Source: Patescibacteria group bacterium
GTDB taxonomy: Bacteria; Patescibacteriota; Patescibacteriia; UBA9934
Direction of reading: 5' to 3'
DNA length: 64,000 bases
NCBI GenBank assembly: GCA_038064675.1
Contig: JBBTSM010000003.1
Location: 191,212-255,211, forward strand
Translations under genes and position numbers: made by a program
In this document: in pieces, positions 18,719-27,939 of the stretch
How positions within the stretch are numbered: the stretch's first letter is position 1
Layout: the number at the start of each line of letters is the position of its first letter
The notes under the pieces: generated by a model
Database searches by the model: none
The model's input: the letters and a program-made list of their open reading frames with translations, nothing else
Told to the model about the DNA's origin: nothing

Positions 18719-19223
18719 CTATCTCTCTTCTGGAAGTGATTGATTGTACTCATCGATTGCAGCCTTCGAATTTTCGTCCCCGAATCCATCAATATTTTCA
18801 ATAAATATTGAATCCCCCCTAAAGTGCACTTTCGCGAGAAACTCTCCGAATTGTCCCCGTACTGGAGCCGACCTCTGTGCGGCAGAGAACCACTGTAGAT
18901 CCAAGTGCGCCCAAAGCCTCGAAAGCAGACACAGGGAAGACGCCGCCTCAAGACTCTTACACGCCTTTGGGCGCAAATCATAATGCGCACAGCGCCCAGA
19001 CACTGGATTGAAAAAAACACAGTGACCATGATCTTTTTTTTAAGGCCCCGTCCTCAACAACCTCCGCAGGCATTTTCGCCAACTCAGTCTTTAGCAACGG
19101 CGGCCCCTCGTCTAGGCAGCACACTCCGCAACCGTCGCAGGACACAGGCTTCATCGGCATCGGCATTCTTTCGATCATATATCCGCAATATTGTTGGTTC
19201 ATCGAGAAGTATACTAAAAGCAC
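18719..19223 (-). pseudogene. YkgJ-family (UPF0153, CxxCGxCC … C-x-Y-x-x-RP-x-x-C) cysteine-cluster protein, frameshifted at A8 homopolymer
   Basis: N-terminal half (CDGCGVCC) in ORF 18978-19223 and C-terminal half (HCVFFNPVSGRCAHYDLRPKAC) in ORF 18719-19003, joined only by a ±1 shift at the T8/A8 run 19034-19041. Confidence 0.5.
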
Positions 19224-19261
19224 AAACGAGCCGCGAACGGCTCGTTTGTGTTTTTTTTTCC

Positions 19262-19852
19262 TTATGCCCCGAGCTGCATGCGAACCATGCGACCGATGCG
19301 GAGGTTTTCGCCGATTGAGGTGATGTTCTCTGTGAGAAGTGCCTGAACGGTCTTTTCGTCATCCTTGATGAACTGCTGTTCGAGCAAACAGATGTCTGCA
19401 AAGAACTTGTTCAGTTTGCCGTCGAGAATCTTTTCGATCATTTCCGCTGGCTTGCCTTCCTGCGAGAGCTGCTCGCGATAGACTGCCTTTTCACGGTCGA
19501 TCACGTCTGTTGGAACCTGGTCGCGCGACACGTACTGTGGAGCGCTCGCCGCAATGTGCATCGCGAGATCCTGGCCGAAGGCAATGAACTTCTCATTGCG
19601 AGCCACGAAGTCTGTTTCGCACATCACTTCCACCAACACTGCAAGCTTATCGCCGTGAGCATATGCGAAGACCTTGCCTTCAGCCGTTACGCGATCAGAC
19701 TTCTTTGCTGCCTTTGCTGCACCACTCACGCGCAATGCATCGATCGCCTTTTCCATGTCGCCACCCGCTTCTTCAAGCGCGCGCTTGGCGTCCATCATTC
19801 CCGCACCACTCATCTCGCGAAGCTTCGCGACGTCACCGGCAGAAATTGCCAT
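19262..19852 (-). CDS. tsf: Elongation factor Ts
   Basis: MAISAGDVAKLREMSGAGMMDAKRALEEAGGDMEKAIDALR (UBA-like N-term); downstream of rpsB. Confidence 0.9.
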   Translation of the reverse strand: MAISAGDVAKLREMSGAGMMDAKRALEEAGGDMEKAIDALRVSGAAKAAKKSDRVTAEGKVFAYAHGDKLAVLVEVMCETDFVARNEKFIAFGQDLAMHIAASAPQYVSRDQVPTDVIDREKAVYREQLSQEGKPAEMIEKILDGKLNKFFADICLLEQQFIKDDEKTVQALLTENITSIGENLRIGRMVRMQLGA

Positions 19853-19864
19853 AGTGATATTCAA

Positions 19865-20749
19865 TTATTTCTTGTTTTCTGGTTTACGTACTTCTGGCTT
19901 TGCTTCTGCCTTTGCAACGCCAGCCTTTACTGCGAGCTCTTCCTTTGTTGCATCGTCCAAATCATCCACTGCGGCGCGAGAACTGTCGGTCAATTTTACC
20001 TCATCCTCTGCATTCACGCGAACGATTGCCGCTGCTGCTGCCTTTTCGCTGGCGATTGCGGTTGCACGTGCCTTGCCTTCTTTCACTGCGTCGGCAATAA
20101 GCTTCGTTACCATTTCCAAACTTCCAACCGCGTCGTCGTTTCCTGGAATAACATAACGGATACCACGTGGGTTCACGTTGCTATCTACAAGAGCAACCAT
20201 CGTCACACCCATCGTTGTTGCCTCACGAACTGCAGTCTTCTCATGACGAGCGTCCAAGATAAACAATGCATCTGGAAGCTTGGTGAGCGTGGAAAGTCCA
20301 CCGATCTTTTCCTCGAGCTCCTCGATTTCACGGGAGAATTGGAGCTGTTCAAGCTTAGTGTACTTCTTGAGCTCGCCCTTTGCAGACTTGTCCTTCAGAT
20401 CCAAGTAGTGACGGATCAGGCGCTGGATCTGTGCGAAGTTTGTGAGTGTTCCGCCCAACCAACGGGTGTTGATGTATGGAACGCCAGCGTCCTTTGCGCA
20501 TGCCTCAACAATTGGTTGCGCCTGGCGCTTAGTGCCAACGAAGACAATGACGCCACCACGAGCAGCAGTCTCTGTTGCGAACGTCATTGCGCGCTCCAAT
20601 TGGGTCTGCGTCTTTTCAATATCGATGATGTGCACACCACCGCGCTCGCCAAAGATGAATTGCTTCATCTTTGGGTGCCAGCGGCTGGACTGATGACCGA
20701 AGTGAACACCTGCCTTAAGCATTTCAAGTAACGTAGGCATCTTTGCCAT
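19865..20749 (-). CDS. rpsB: 30S ribosomal protein S2 with Ala/Lys-rich C-terminal extension
   Basis: MAKMPTLLEMLKAGVHFGHQSSRWHPKMKQFIFGERGGVHIIDIEKT; start ATG 20747-20749. Confidence 0.9.
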   Translation of the reverse strand: MAKMPTLLEMLKAGVHFGHQSSRWHPKMKQFIFGERGGVHIIDIEKTQTQLERAMTFATETAARGGVIVFVGTKRQAQPIVEACAKDAGVPYINTRWLGGTLTNFAQIQRLIRHYLDLKDKSAKGELKKYTKLEQLQFSREIEELEEKIGGLSTLTKLPDALFILDARHEKTAVREATTMGVTMVALVDSNVNPRGIRYVIPGNDDAVGSLEMVTKLIADAVKEGKARATAIASEKAAAAAIVRVNAEDEVKLTDSSRAAVDDLDDATKEELAVKAGVAKAEAKPEVRKPENKK

Positions 20750-20821
20750 ATGAATATAGGCGCTTTTCCCATTTGGCCTCTTTTCAGCTTGTCGCATCGG
20801 AAACTCGCTCAACGTACACAT

Positions 20822-20875
20822 GAAGTACGTCTCGCGAGATTTCCTCGCTCCGCACCGAAAATAGTCTCAAATGTG
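20822..20875 (+). repeat. Partial/divergent copy of the ~100-bp intergenic repeat (…GAAGTACGTCTCG…GCACCGAAAATAGTCTCAAATG)
   Basis: Matches the hairpin and tail modules of copies at 43040-43123 and 1945-2048. Confidence 0.45.
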
Positions 20876-20904
20876 CAAAGTGCGTCCTTTTTACCTCAGC
20901 GTTC

Positions 20905-20940
20905 ATATCGTGGGCCCCGTCTACGCAGGGAGGATCCATT
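20905..20940. repeat. Degenerate REP-like unit (GGGCCCCGTCTACGCAGGGAGGATCCATTCG)
   Basis: Shares CCCCG(C/T)CTACGC(G/A)GGG hairpin core and GGA(G)GATCCAT(C/T) flank with 10637-10712. Confidence 0.4.
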
Positions 20941-21057
20941 CGATGATGTATTGAACGCCTGTGAGATGTGATGAATAAGTGCCCGTAGAAGACGGCAGAA
21001 TAGTACTAAACTTTGCTAAAATTCGCAAATGAATCCTACAAAAATTCTGATATTTGT

Positions 21058-21160
21058 GGCGAGTTTCGATGAAGAGCGAGAAAATGTCCCGAAAACGTAC
21101 TTCTCGGTACGTTGAGGGAATTTTCGATGGTCTGAGTCGAAAATCGACCAAATAGCAGGA
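21058..21160 (+). repeat. ~100-bp intergenic repeat element, copy 2
   Basis: GCGAGTTTCGATGAAGAGCGAGAAAATGTCCCGAAAACGTACTTCTCGGTACGTTGAGGGAATTTTCGATGGTCTGAGTCGAAAATCGACCAAAT; upstream of rpsB (minus) start region. Confidence 0.65.
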
Positions 21161-21163
21161 TTT

Positions 21164-22174
21164 TTAGCGAATAAACATGGCGTCTCCAAAGGAAAAGAAT
21201 CGGTATCTGTGATCGATAGCTTCTTTATAGGCAGCGAGGATGTGCTCGCGATCGGCGAAGGCGGAAACGAGCATGAGCAAGGTGGATTTTGGAAGGTGGA
21301 AGTTGGTTATAAGGCCATCGACGATCTGAAATTGGAATCCCGGCGTAATAAACATATTCACTTCCCCGCTGTACGCCGCAAGCTCACCAATCGTTGCAAC
21401 AACGCCCTCAAGAACTCGCACCGTCGTTGTTCCCACCGCAATAACCCGACAACCTTCTGACTTCGCCGATCGAATTCTCTGTGCGGTCAATTCATCGATT
21501 TCCACAAACTCGGCATGCATCACATGATCCTCGATGTGATCAGTTTGCACCGGGCGGAACGTGCCGATCCCCACATGAAGCGTCACTTCCTCGATCTGTA
21601 CGCCTTTCGCCCGTGCTCGATCGATGAGTTCGGGGGTGAAGTGGAGTCCTGCGGTTGGTGCGGCGACTGAACCGGTCGATCTTGCATAGACGGTTTGATA
21701 GCGATCGGGATCCGCGAGCTCGGTCGTGACGTATGGTGGCGTTGGTACTGATCCTGCAGATTCACAAAACGCAAACATCTCCCCCGCTGTCATCGATGAT
21801 TTCAGGGTCACGATTCCGTCTGTTGTTTTATTAGAGACGACCCAGCGGGTCGTCTCTACGGTGATCGCAGATCCGATACCTAATTTTCTGCTCCCGCGAA
21901 TCAATACATCGATTTCACCATCGCGAACCTTGAGGACGAAAACTTCGAAGCCGTCGATCTGAAGACGAGCCTTAAAAACCTTTGAAACATTAAAGACGAG
22001 AACGTCGCCGGCATTCAACTCGTCGAGAATTTCAGCAAATCGATCGCGATGACGGATCTCCCCCGAATTCCGGTCGAGCACCAACAGCCTCGATGCATCC
22101 CGTGGCTCAATAGGAACCTGAGCGATCAGCTCCTCCGGCAAATCGTACGAAAAATCAGCAACAGGCGTTGGCAT
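21164..22174 (-). CDS. queA: S-adenosylmethionine:tRNA ribosyltransferase-isomerase
   Basis: MPTPVADFSYDLPEELIAQVPIEPRDASRLLVL…, GTTTVRVLE motifs. Confidence 0.9.
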   Translation of the reverse strand: MPTPVADFSYDLPEELIAQVPIEPRDASRLLVLDRNSGEIRHRDRFAEILDELNAGDVLVFNVSKVFKARLQIDGFEVFVLKVRDGEIDVLIRGSRKLGIGSAITVETTRWVVSNKTTDGIVTLKSSMTAGEMFAFCESAGSVPTPPYVTTELADPDRYQTVYARSTGSVAAPTAGLHFTPELIDRARAKGVQIEEVTLHVGIGTFRPVQTDHIEDHVMHAEFVEIDELTAQRIRSAKSEGCRVIAVGTTTVRVLEGVVATIGELAAYSGEVNMFITPGFQFQIVDGLITNFHLPKSTLLMLVSAFADREHILAAYKEAIDHRYRFFSFGDAMFIR

Positions 22175-22247
22175 AATGCCGGATATTTTAGGCTAATGCT
22201 TGCGGAAAAGCAATTTTTATGATATAGAATTCTTACCCGAGGTTCAC

Positions 22248-22601
22248 ATGAATACGTTGATGGTTCACGCCATGATCCAGGTGGGTGGTTTCCTGACTCT
22301 CGCTCTGGTGGCGGCATTTTTCATTCAGGCGTTCGAAGTCCTGAAGAGGGTCGTAACGCCCAATCGATTCCTCGCGCTCGCAATCATCACCTCCGTGTTC
22401 CAGGTCCTGACCATCTGGATCCTGAACAATGGAGGATACGACGTTCTGCGCGCCAATCCCAAGGGGGAGGTCCTCATCACGGATATGAAAGTATCAACGG
22501 TGCTGTCCTTGATCTGTGCGTTTTTGGCCGCACTTCACGTGGCGGGGTACGACATGATTCTTTCGTTTCCGGAAATCATTCGGCGGATCAAAAAGCTCTA
22601 G
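22248..22601 (+). CDS. small GC-rich membrane protein (cassette 1)
   Basis: 117 aa, 3 predicted TM helices; own promoter (TTGCGG…TAGAAT at 22196-22242) and GC-hairpin terminator + GTCGTTTTATACACAATTCAC (22625-22669). Confidence 0.45.
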   Translation: MNTLMVHAMIQVGGFLTLALVAAFFIQAFEVLKRVVTPNRFLALAIITSVFQVLTIWILNNGGYDVLRANPKGEVLITDMKVSTVLSLICAFLAALHVAGYDMILSFPEIIRRIKKL

Positions 22602-22742
22602 TGAGACAACTCTCAAAAACGCGCTCGCGCCCAGGACGACCCCTGGGCGCGAAGTCGTTTTATACACAATTCACATCCATTTATAGGCTAATATTTGCAG
22701 AAAAACAATTTTTTCGATAGAATGAGTTTACCTGAGAGATTC

Positions 22743-23087
22743 ATGGATCACATTCCGGTTATCGATACCTTCTTCAGTGTCGTCGCTTATCTGGCCATCT
22801 GCACCCTTCCGTTCGGTGCCGGGTGGATTCTGTGGAGGGAAAGGGCGAAGATGCACGCGCAGGGATGCGTGTACGGAATCACCCAAAACGAGAAGGCGAG
22901 CATCGTCATCGCCTTCCTGGGGGCAGTCCTCGGCTGCATGGGATTCATCATCAGCCAGAACTCTGCCGAGTTGGCGAAGTACTGCGGATTCTCATTCATC
23001 GGCAGCACCGTCATGCTCATCATCGGAGGATTCGTGAGCGCGCTCTACTATCGGGGGAGAGACGAGGAGCTCCGGTCCCGGTACTGA
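22743..23087 (+). CDS. small GC-rich membrane protein (cassette 2)
   Basis: 114 aa, 3 TM helices; promoter TTGCAG-17-TAGAAT (22699-22736); terminator + identical 21-mer GTCGTTTTATACACAATTCAC (23110-23153). Confidence 0.45.
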   Translation: MDHIPVIDTFFSVVAYLAICTLPFGAGWILWRERAKMHAQGCVYGITQNEKASIVIAFLGAVLGCMGFIISQNSAELAKYCGFSFIGSTVMLIIGGFVSALYYRGRDEELRSRY

Positions 23088-23154
23088 AACCACGCCGACG
23101 CCGCCCTACGCAGGGTGGCGTCGCGGTCGTTTTATACACAATTCACCGCCAATC

Positions 23155-23183
23155 TTTGACAAAAAACCCTTATTCCGATACTA
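23155..23183 (+). promoter_or_regulatory. sigma70-type promoter of rpmE (TTGACA-17-TACTAT) with ~170-nt leader
   Basis: Consensus -35 TTGACA at 23155-23160, -10 TACTAT 23178-23183. Confidence 0.45.
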
Positions 23184-23358
23184 TTTCCGCACTTATTCGG
23201 CTGTATACAAAGCAGCCTAACAAGAACCTTCCCATTTGGCCGATTTTCGACTCACGCCATCGGAAACTTTCTCACCGTACCGTTAAGTACGCCTCGAAAA
23301 TTTTCCTCGTCGTTCATCGAAACTCGTCACAAATGAAAAGGTTCTTACCAAAACCCTT

Positions 23359-23670
23359 ATGAAGGCGACAATCCATCCAAACTATTTCGATGCAACGATT
23401 ACCTGTGCGTGTGGTGCCACGTATAAGGTTGGTTCGAGCTTGGAAAAGATCGACATCGAATTGTGCAGTGCTTGCCACCCATTCTTCACCGGTAAGCAGA
23501 AAATCTTGGACACCGCTCGTCGCGTGGAAAAGTTCACCGCGAAGGACGGCAAAAAGGCAGCAACCGTCAAGACTGCAAAGGACAAGGCCGCAGAACGTGC
23601 CGCTCGTGCATCTGCAAAGGCTGCAAAGAAAGCAAACAGCGATACCTCGATCAAATCCGTTTCACGTTAG
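23359..23670 (+). CDS. rpmE: 50S ribosomal protein L31 with Lys/Ala-rich C-terminal extension
   Basis: MKATIHPNY…[13 protein letters not shown] (L31 CxxC…HPF(Y/F)TG). Confidence 0.85.
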   Translation: MKATIHPNYFDATITCACGATYKVGSSLEKIDIELCSACHPFFTGKQKILDTARRVEKFTAKDGKKAATVKTAKDKAAERAARASAKAAKKANSDTSIKSVSR

Positions 23671-23727
23671 GTTTTCACCGAAAGCACTCCGTCGTACGAT
23701 GGGGTGTTTTCGTTTATACTGGAATCT

Positions 23728-24822
23728 ATGGCACTCGAATTTGAAAAGGTCATCGCGGACAAACGCGCGGAAAAAGAAACCATCGAAGCTGAGCTCATGA
23801 GCGCAGCCACACTTGGCAATCCCAAAAAGCTTCGCGAAGTGAATGCGCAGTATCAACAGATCACCCGAATCCTCGATATCGCAATGATCTACGAGATTGC
23901 CGCACGCAACCTTGCCGAAGCACAGGCAACAGCAAATGATGCCGATCCAGAGATTCGTCAGATGGCCGAACAAGAAATCGCCGCAATCTTGCCGATGATG
24001 CCAAAACTCGAGCTCGACCTTGAGCTTGCGTTGATTCCTGCCGATCCAATCGATGGCCATGATGCCATCATGGAAATCCGCGCCGGTACTGGTGGTGACG
24101 AAGCTGCGCTTTTTGCCGCCGATTTGTACCGCATGTATACCCGCTTTGCTGAACGCAACAGCTGGAAGGCCATTATCATCTCGCAAAGTCAGAACGATCT
24201 TGGCGGCTTCCGCGAAGTGATCGTGGAAATTCATGGCGACGGCGCATACGGAACCATGAGACTCGAAAGTGGCGTGCACCGTGTTCAGCGCGTGCCGTCC
24301 ACCGAAAAGGCTGGCCGCATTCATACATCTACCGCCACGGTTGCCGTGCTTCCAAAGATTGAACAGGAAGAATTCGACATAAACCCAAAAGATCTCACTA
24401 TCGAAGCAACCACATCGCAGGGCGCCGGTGGTCAGTCCGTGAACACTACATACAGCGCCGTGCGCATGGTGCACATTCCAACAGGAATCACCGTGTACTG
24501 TCAGGACGAACGATCGTTCAGTCAAAACAAAGAACGTGCCATGGGCGTGATGCGTTCCCGCGTCTTTACCTTTGAAGCAGAAAAGAAACGCGCCGCACTC
24601 GACGCTGAGCGTCGCAGTCAAATTGGTGGCGCAGAGCGTTCGGAAAAAATCCGCACATACAACTTCCCACAAGATCGGATCACCGATCACCGCGTCAAAC
24701 AATCGTGGCACGGTATTCCTGCAATTCTCGACGGCAACATCACCGACATCCTGACCACGCTCAAAATGGCAGCGCGCGACGCAAAGTTCGGCGAGCTTAC
24801 TGCCGACGAGGACGACGAATAA
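23728..24822 (+). CDS. prfA: Peptide chain release factor 1
   Basis: GGQ motif (…[25 protein letters not shown]…), PxT-type tripeptide (PST), RF-1 domain; followed by prmC. Confidence 0.9.
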   Translation: MALEFEKVIADKRAEKETIEAELMSAATLGNPKKLREVNAQYQQITRILDIAMIYEIAARNLAEAQATANDADPEIRQMAEQEIAAILPMMPKLELDLELALIPADPIDGHDAIMEIRAGTGGDEAALFAADLYRMYTRFAERNSWKAIIISQSQNDLGGFREVIVEIHGDGAYGTMRLESGVHRVQRVPSTEKAGRIHTSTATVAVLPKIEQEEFDINPKDLTIEATTSQGAGGQSVNTTYSAVRMVHIPTGITVYCQDERSFSQNKERAMGVMRSRVFTFEAEKKRAALDAERRSQIGGAERSEKIRTYNFPQDRITDHRVKQSWHGIPAILDGNITDILTTLKMAARDAKFGELTADEDDE

Positions 24823-24825
24823 CGT

Positions 24826-25722
24826 ATGAACGGCGCCATGACGATTTTTGAAATCCTTGCATGGGCCGGCGATGCGCTGAAAGCTGCCGACGCTACACGC
24901 GTAGTGAAGCAAAATCCCCGCCTTGATGCGCAAGTCCTTTTGTCGTACGTCCTTGGTGTAAACAGCGCGTATCTTTTTACGCATGGCGACGAAGCAATGA
25001 AATCCGACGCCGCGGAAACATTTCAACGCCTTGTTGCTCGACGTGCACGACACGAACCCGTCGCATACCTCACCCAAACCAAAGCATTCTTCGGGCGCGA
25101 TTTCTTCGTGAATCAACACGTATTGATTCCGCGACCAGACACGGAGGTATTGGTCGAGGCCGCGCTCAGCGTGATCGATTTCCAATCAACGATCGTGGAC
25201 ATCGGCACTGGTAGCGGCGCGATCGCCATTTCTCTGGAACTCGAAACCCATCGCCCAACATTCGCCACTGAAATAGATCGCGACACAAAATCCGTCGCCG
25301 AACACAACGCACGGAATCTTGGATCGAATGTTGTCTTCCTCGAGGGTTCGCTCTTCGAACCATTCGCTGTGCTCGAGCCTACAGCCGATCATCTCGTTAT
25401 TACTGCGAATCTTCCGTATCTCACTCCGTGGCAATGGAACGATCTCGACGCCGACGTGAAAGACTACGAGCCACGGCTTGCACTCGTTGGCGGCGCTGAC
25501 GGCCTAGCGCTCTACGACGAACTCTGCAATCAAATCCGCACCTACCTCCACGAAGCGTCGCGCAAAGGCAATCGCATCGCAGTGAATCTCTTCATCGAAA
25601 TCGATCCATCACAACGCCAAACCGCACCAGCACTTCTCGCGACACATTTCCCCGAAGCAAAGATTGAGATCATCAAAGACATGAGCAGCCGAGAGCGTGT
25701 TGTTCACGCTATTCTGCACTAA
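24826..25722 (+). CDS. prmC: Release factor glutamine N5-methyltransferase (HemK/PrmC)
   Basis: SAM MTase motif DIGTGSGAIAISL and (N/D)PPY-like ITANLPYL; gene order prfA-prmC. Confidence 0.8.
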   Translation: MNGAMTIFEILAWAGDALKAADATRVVKQNPRLDAQVLLSYVLGVNSAYLFTHGDEAMKSDAAETFQRLVARRARHEPVAYLTQTKAFFGRDFFVNQHVLIPRPDTEVLVEAALSVIDFQSTIVDIGTGSGAIAISLELETHRPTFATEIDRDTKSVAEHNARNLGSNVVFLEGSLFEPFAVLEPTADHLVITANLPYLTPWQWNDLDADVKDYEPRLALVGGADGLALYDELCNQIRTYLHEASRKGNRIAVNLFIEIDPSQRQTAPALLATHFPEAKIEIIKDMSSRERVVHAILH

Positions 25723-26836
25723 CCGTCGCAAACGGCATCGAAACCTGACCGAGATCTTCGACAACTTCAATCCACGTCTTCCCAGCGTTCATGGTGACTT
25801 CTTTTCCAGTATCGTCATAGAACCGCATGCGCGATGATGCTGAAGTTTTTTTCCATGTCCACGGAACGTTGTTTTGCGTTCCATTTTGCAAAAGCATCAT
25901 CGGCCCTTCGCCGATTGTTCGCACGGTTCGTCTACCCTTATCATCGCCAGGAATCGTTCCAATATTTGTTGCGATGACGACGACGTTATTCGCGACATAC
26001 GTATTTCCGCCTTGCGATCGGCGATACACATTCGTGGCCGGATCATAAGTCCAATCAATATCGTATCCGCTTCCCCATTCAATATGCGTCGTGTCCGCGG
26101 CCGATGATTCCGATGCGCCATCGGTAAATATCCATGCATCGTACGACGGTGAATCGGCGGCATATTTCTCATCGATCTCAGAAATTGCACTCTTCAAAAG
26201 GCTTGTGTTGGTATATACGTTGTGTGGAGCATATCGCGTCAACTCATCGCGATAGTAATATTCACTCTGAAAGAATTGATTCAAATCAAGCGTGCCGCTC
26301 ATTGCAATATCGTCGAGTGCCTCTGGCGATCCGCCAACGTGTCCGTAAATCCCCTGGAACTCTGCGTTCCAATCAAGATAATACGGGCGAGCAGAGCGTA
26401 CCGGCCCGATCTTCGCTACAGACTGATCGTCGGAAAAGAACGCGATGAATCGTGGAATATTCCCTTCAACCGGAGCTTCGATCACAAGGAATGCCTGATC
26501 GAGGCCCGACAACGGCCATGCATCTGCAGAGTTCTCGATCATAATCCCAAAGACTTGTGGCAATGCCGTGAGCGGAGCAGAGAGCAACGCACCCGTTAAC
26601 GGATGACGCGGCGCAGCAGTGATCGCCGATGGAACAATACGCTCCTGCAGTCCGCGATCGTAAAACAACGATCCCGGAATCGTCATGAGCGCAGAAATGA
26701 TCCCGGAAAGAAGGAATAATCCGCCAGCAAGAATGAAGAGATTTTTCGGCGTGCCTTCTCGTTTCCACAGTCGCAACGCACGATCGCGAATCCGGCGAAA
26801 CACGCTCGATGTTTTCTTAGCCATAAGAGTTTTCAT
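25709..26836 (-). CDS. DUF3048 (YerB-like) domain protein, membrane-anchored
   Basis: …MIENSADAWPLSGLDQAFLVIEAPVEGNIPRFIAFFSD…IGPVRSARPYY… characteristic DUF3048 core; N-terminal TM. Confidence 0.6.
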   Translation of the reverse strand: MKTLMAKKTSSVFRRIRDRALRLWKREGTPKNLFILAGGLFLLSGIISALMTIPGSLFYDRGLQERIVPSAITAAPRHPLTGALLSAPLTALPQVFGIMIENSADAWPLSGLDQAFLVIEAPVEGNIPRFIAFFSDDQSVAKIGPVRSARPYYLDWNAEFQGIYGHVGGSPEALDDIAMSGTLDLNQFFQSEYYYRDELTRYAPHNVYTNTSLLKSAISEIDEKYAADSPSYDAWIFTDGASESSAADTTHIEWGSGYDIDWTYDPATNVYRRSQGGNTYVANNVVVIATNIGTIPGDDKGRRTVRTIGEGPMMLLQNGTQNNVPWTWKKTSASSRMRFYDDTGKEVTMNAGKTWIEVVEDLGQVSMPFATVSAE

Positions 26837-26880
26837 GATACCAAAAACGCCCCGTCATTGCGACGGGGCGTTTCATGAAA

Positions 26881-27546
26881 TTATTTCTTTTCTGTCTTCT
26901 TTGCTGCTTCTGCCTCCTCTTCTGGAGTAAGCTTCTTTTCCTTAAGGACTTCCACCTTTGAAACGTCGGTATCAACAACTTCGTTCAACGATGCAAGCTC
27001 TTCCTCGGAACGTGGCGGTTGAACAGATGCGATAGCAACTTCGCCGTCGGTGGTGATTCCCACACCTTCTGGAGCGACGATGTCGGACACGCGGATCACG
27101 TCCTCAAACGTTGCAAGCTTTGAAACGTCGATGCTGATTTCGTGCACAAGCGCGTTTGGAAGGGAGACCACTTCCACTTCTTCAAGGGACTGCAAGAGGG
27201 TTCCGCCAAGCTCTTTCACTGCTGGAGCCAAGCCCACAAGCACCAAAGGAATCTTTGCTTCAATCTTGCGGTTTGGATCCACGGCGCGGAAGTCGATGTG
27301 CGTCACGAAATCATTCAACGCATTGCGCTGGATTTCGCCAATAAGCACCTGGAACATTTTTCCGTCCACAGCGAGGTCGACAACTGTGCTGGAACCAGCG
27401 GCAGCGTAGACTTTTAAAAATGCGTTGCGGTCAACCTGGACGTTTGTTGGTTCGGTGCCAAAGCCGTAAACGACTGCTGGGACGGTTCCTTCAGCACGAA
27501 GTGCTTCAGTTGCGCGGCCTCGAAGTTCGCGAAGGGTGGCATTCAT
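26881..27546 (-). CDS. rplY: 50S ribosomal protein L25 / general stress protein Ctc
   Basis: MNATLRELRGRATEALRAEGTVPAVVYGFGTEPTNVQVD…; acidic C-terminal tail. Confidence 0.8.
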   Translation of the reverse strand: MNATLRELRGRATEALRAEGTVPAVVYGFGTEPTNVQVDRNAFLKVYAAAGSSTVVDLAVDGKMFQVLIGEIQRNALNDFVTHIDFRAVDPNRKIEAKIPLVLVGLAPAVKELGGTLLQSLEEVEVVSLPNALVHEISIDVSKLATFEDVIRVSDIVAPEGVGITTDGEVAIASVQPPRSEEELASLNEVVDTDVSKVEVLKEKKLTPEEEAEAAKKTEKK

Positions 27547-27633
27547 TGTTGCGTGTTTCTGCATAGATGGCGGGTATTTCATCGAATCTTAGCCTTTTTG
27601 TCAAACTGGTTATACAGAACGTGCGGTTTTCCC

Positions 27634-27939
27634 CTATTTCGTCATTTTTTCCAGGGCAAGGTGCACGGAAAGCACATCGTCGAGGGAAATCCGCTTTCGG
27701 TCCATAAACCGCAAAGCATCTTGAGCATCGCAGTCCGTAAAGATACCAACACATGAGATATTCTGTTCAGAACGCTCTATGGTGTAAAACATCGCCCGCA
27801 AACACTGAAGACATGTGGCGTGAAGCGTTTCGCGCCGCCCGTCCTTCTTGAGGGTACGCAAACGCTCACCATCGTACGCAACAGCGCAGAACGGGCATCG
27901 AGTCACCGGGTCAAACAAGGCTCGATCGTTCGCGTTCAT
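27634..27939 (-). CDS. hypothetical small protein with two Cys pairs (CPFC…CLQC; zinc-ribbon-like)
   Basis: 101-aa ORF overlapping stop/start with neighbours on same strand. Confidence 0.35.
   Translation of the reverse strand: MNANDRALFDPVTRCPFCAVAYDGERLRTLKKDGRRETLHATCLQCLRAMFYTIERSEQNISCVGIFTDCDAQDALRFMDRKRISLDDVLSVHLALEKMTK

Noticed and set aside
19556-20731. 391-aa plus-strand ORF
   Set aside because: Entirely antisense to rpsB/tsf. The translation is Cys/Leu-rich low-complexity.
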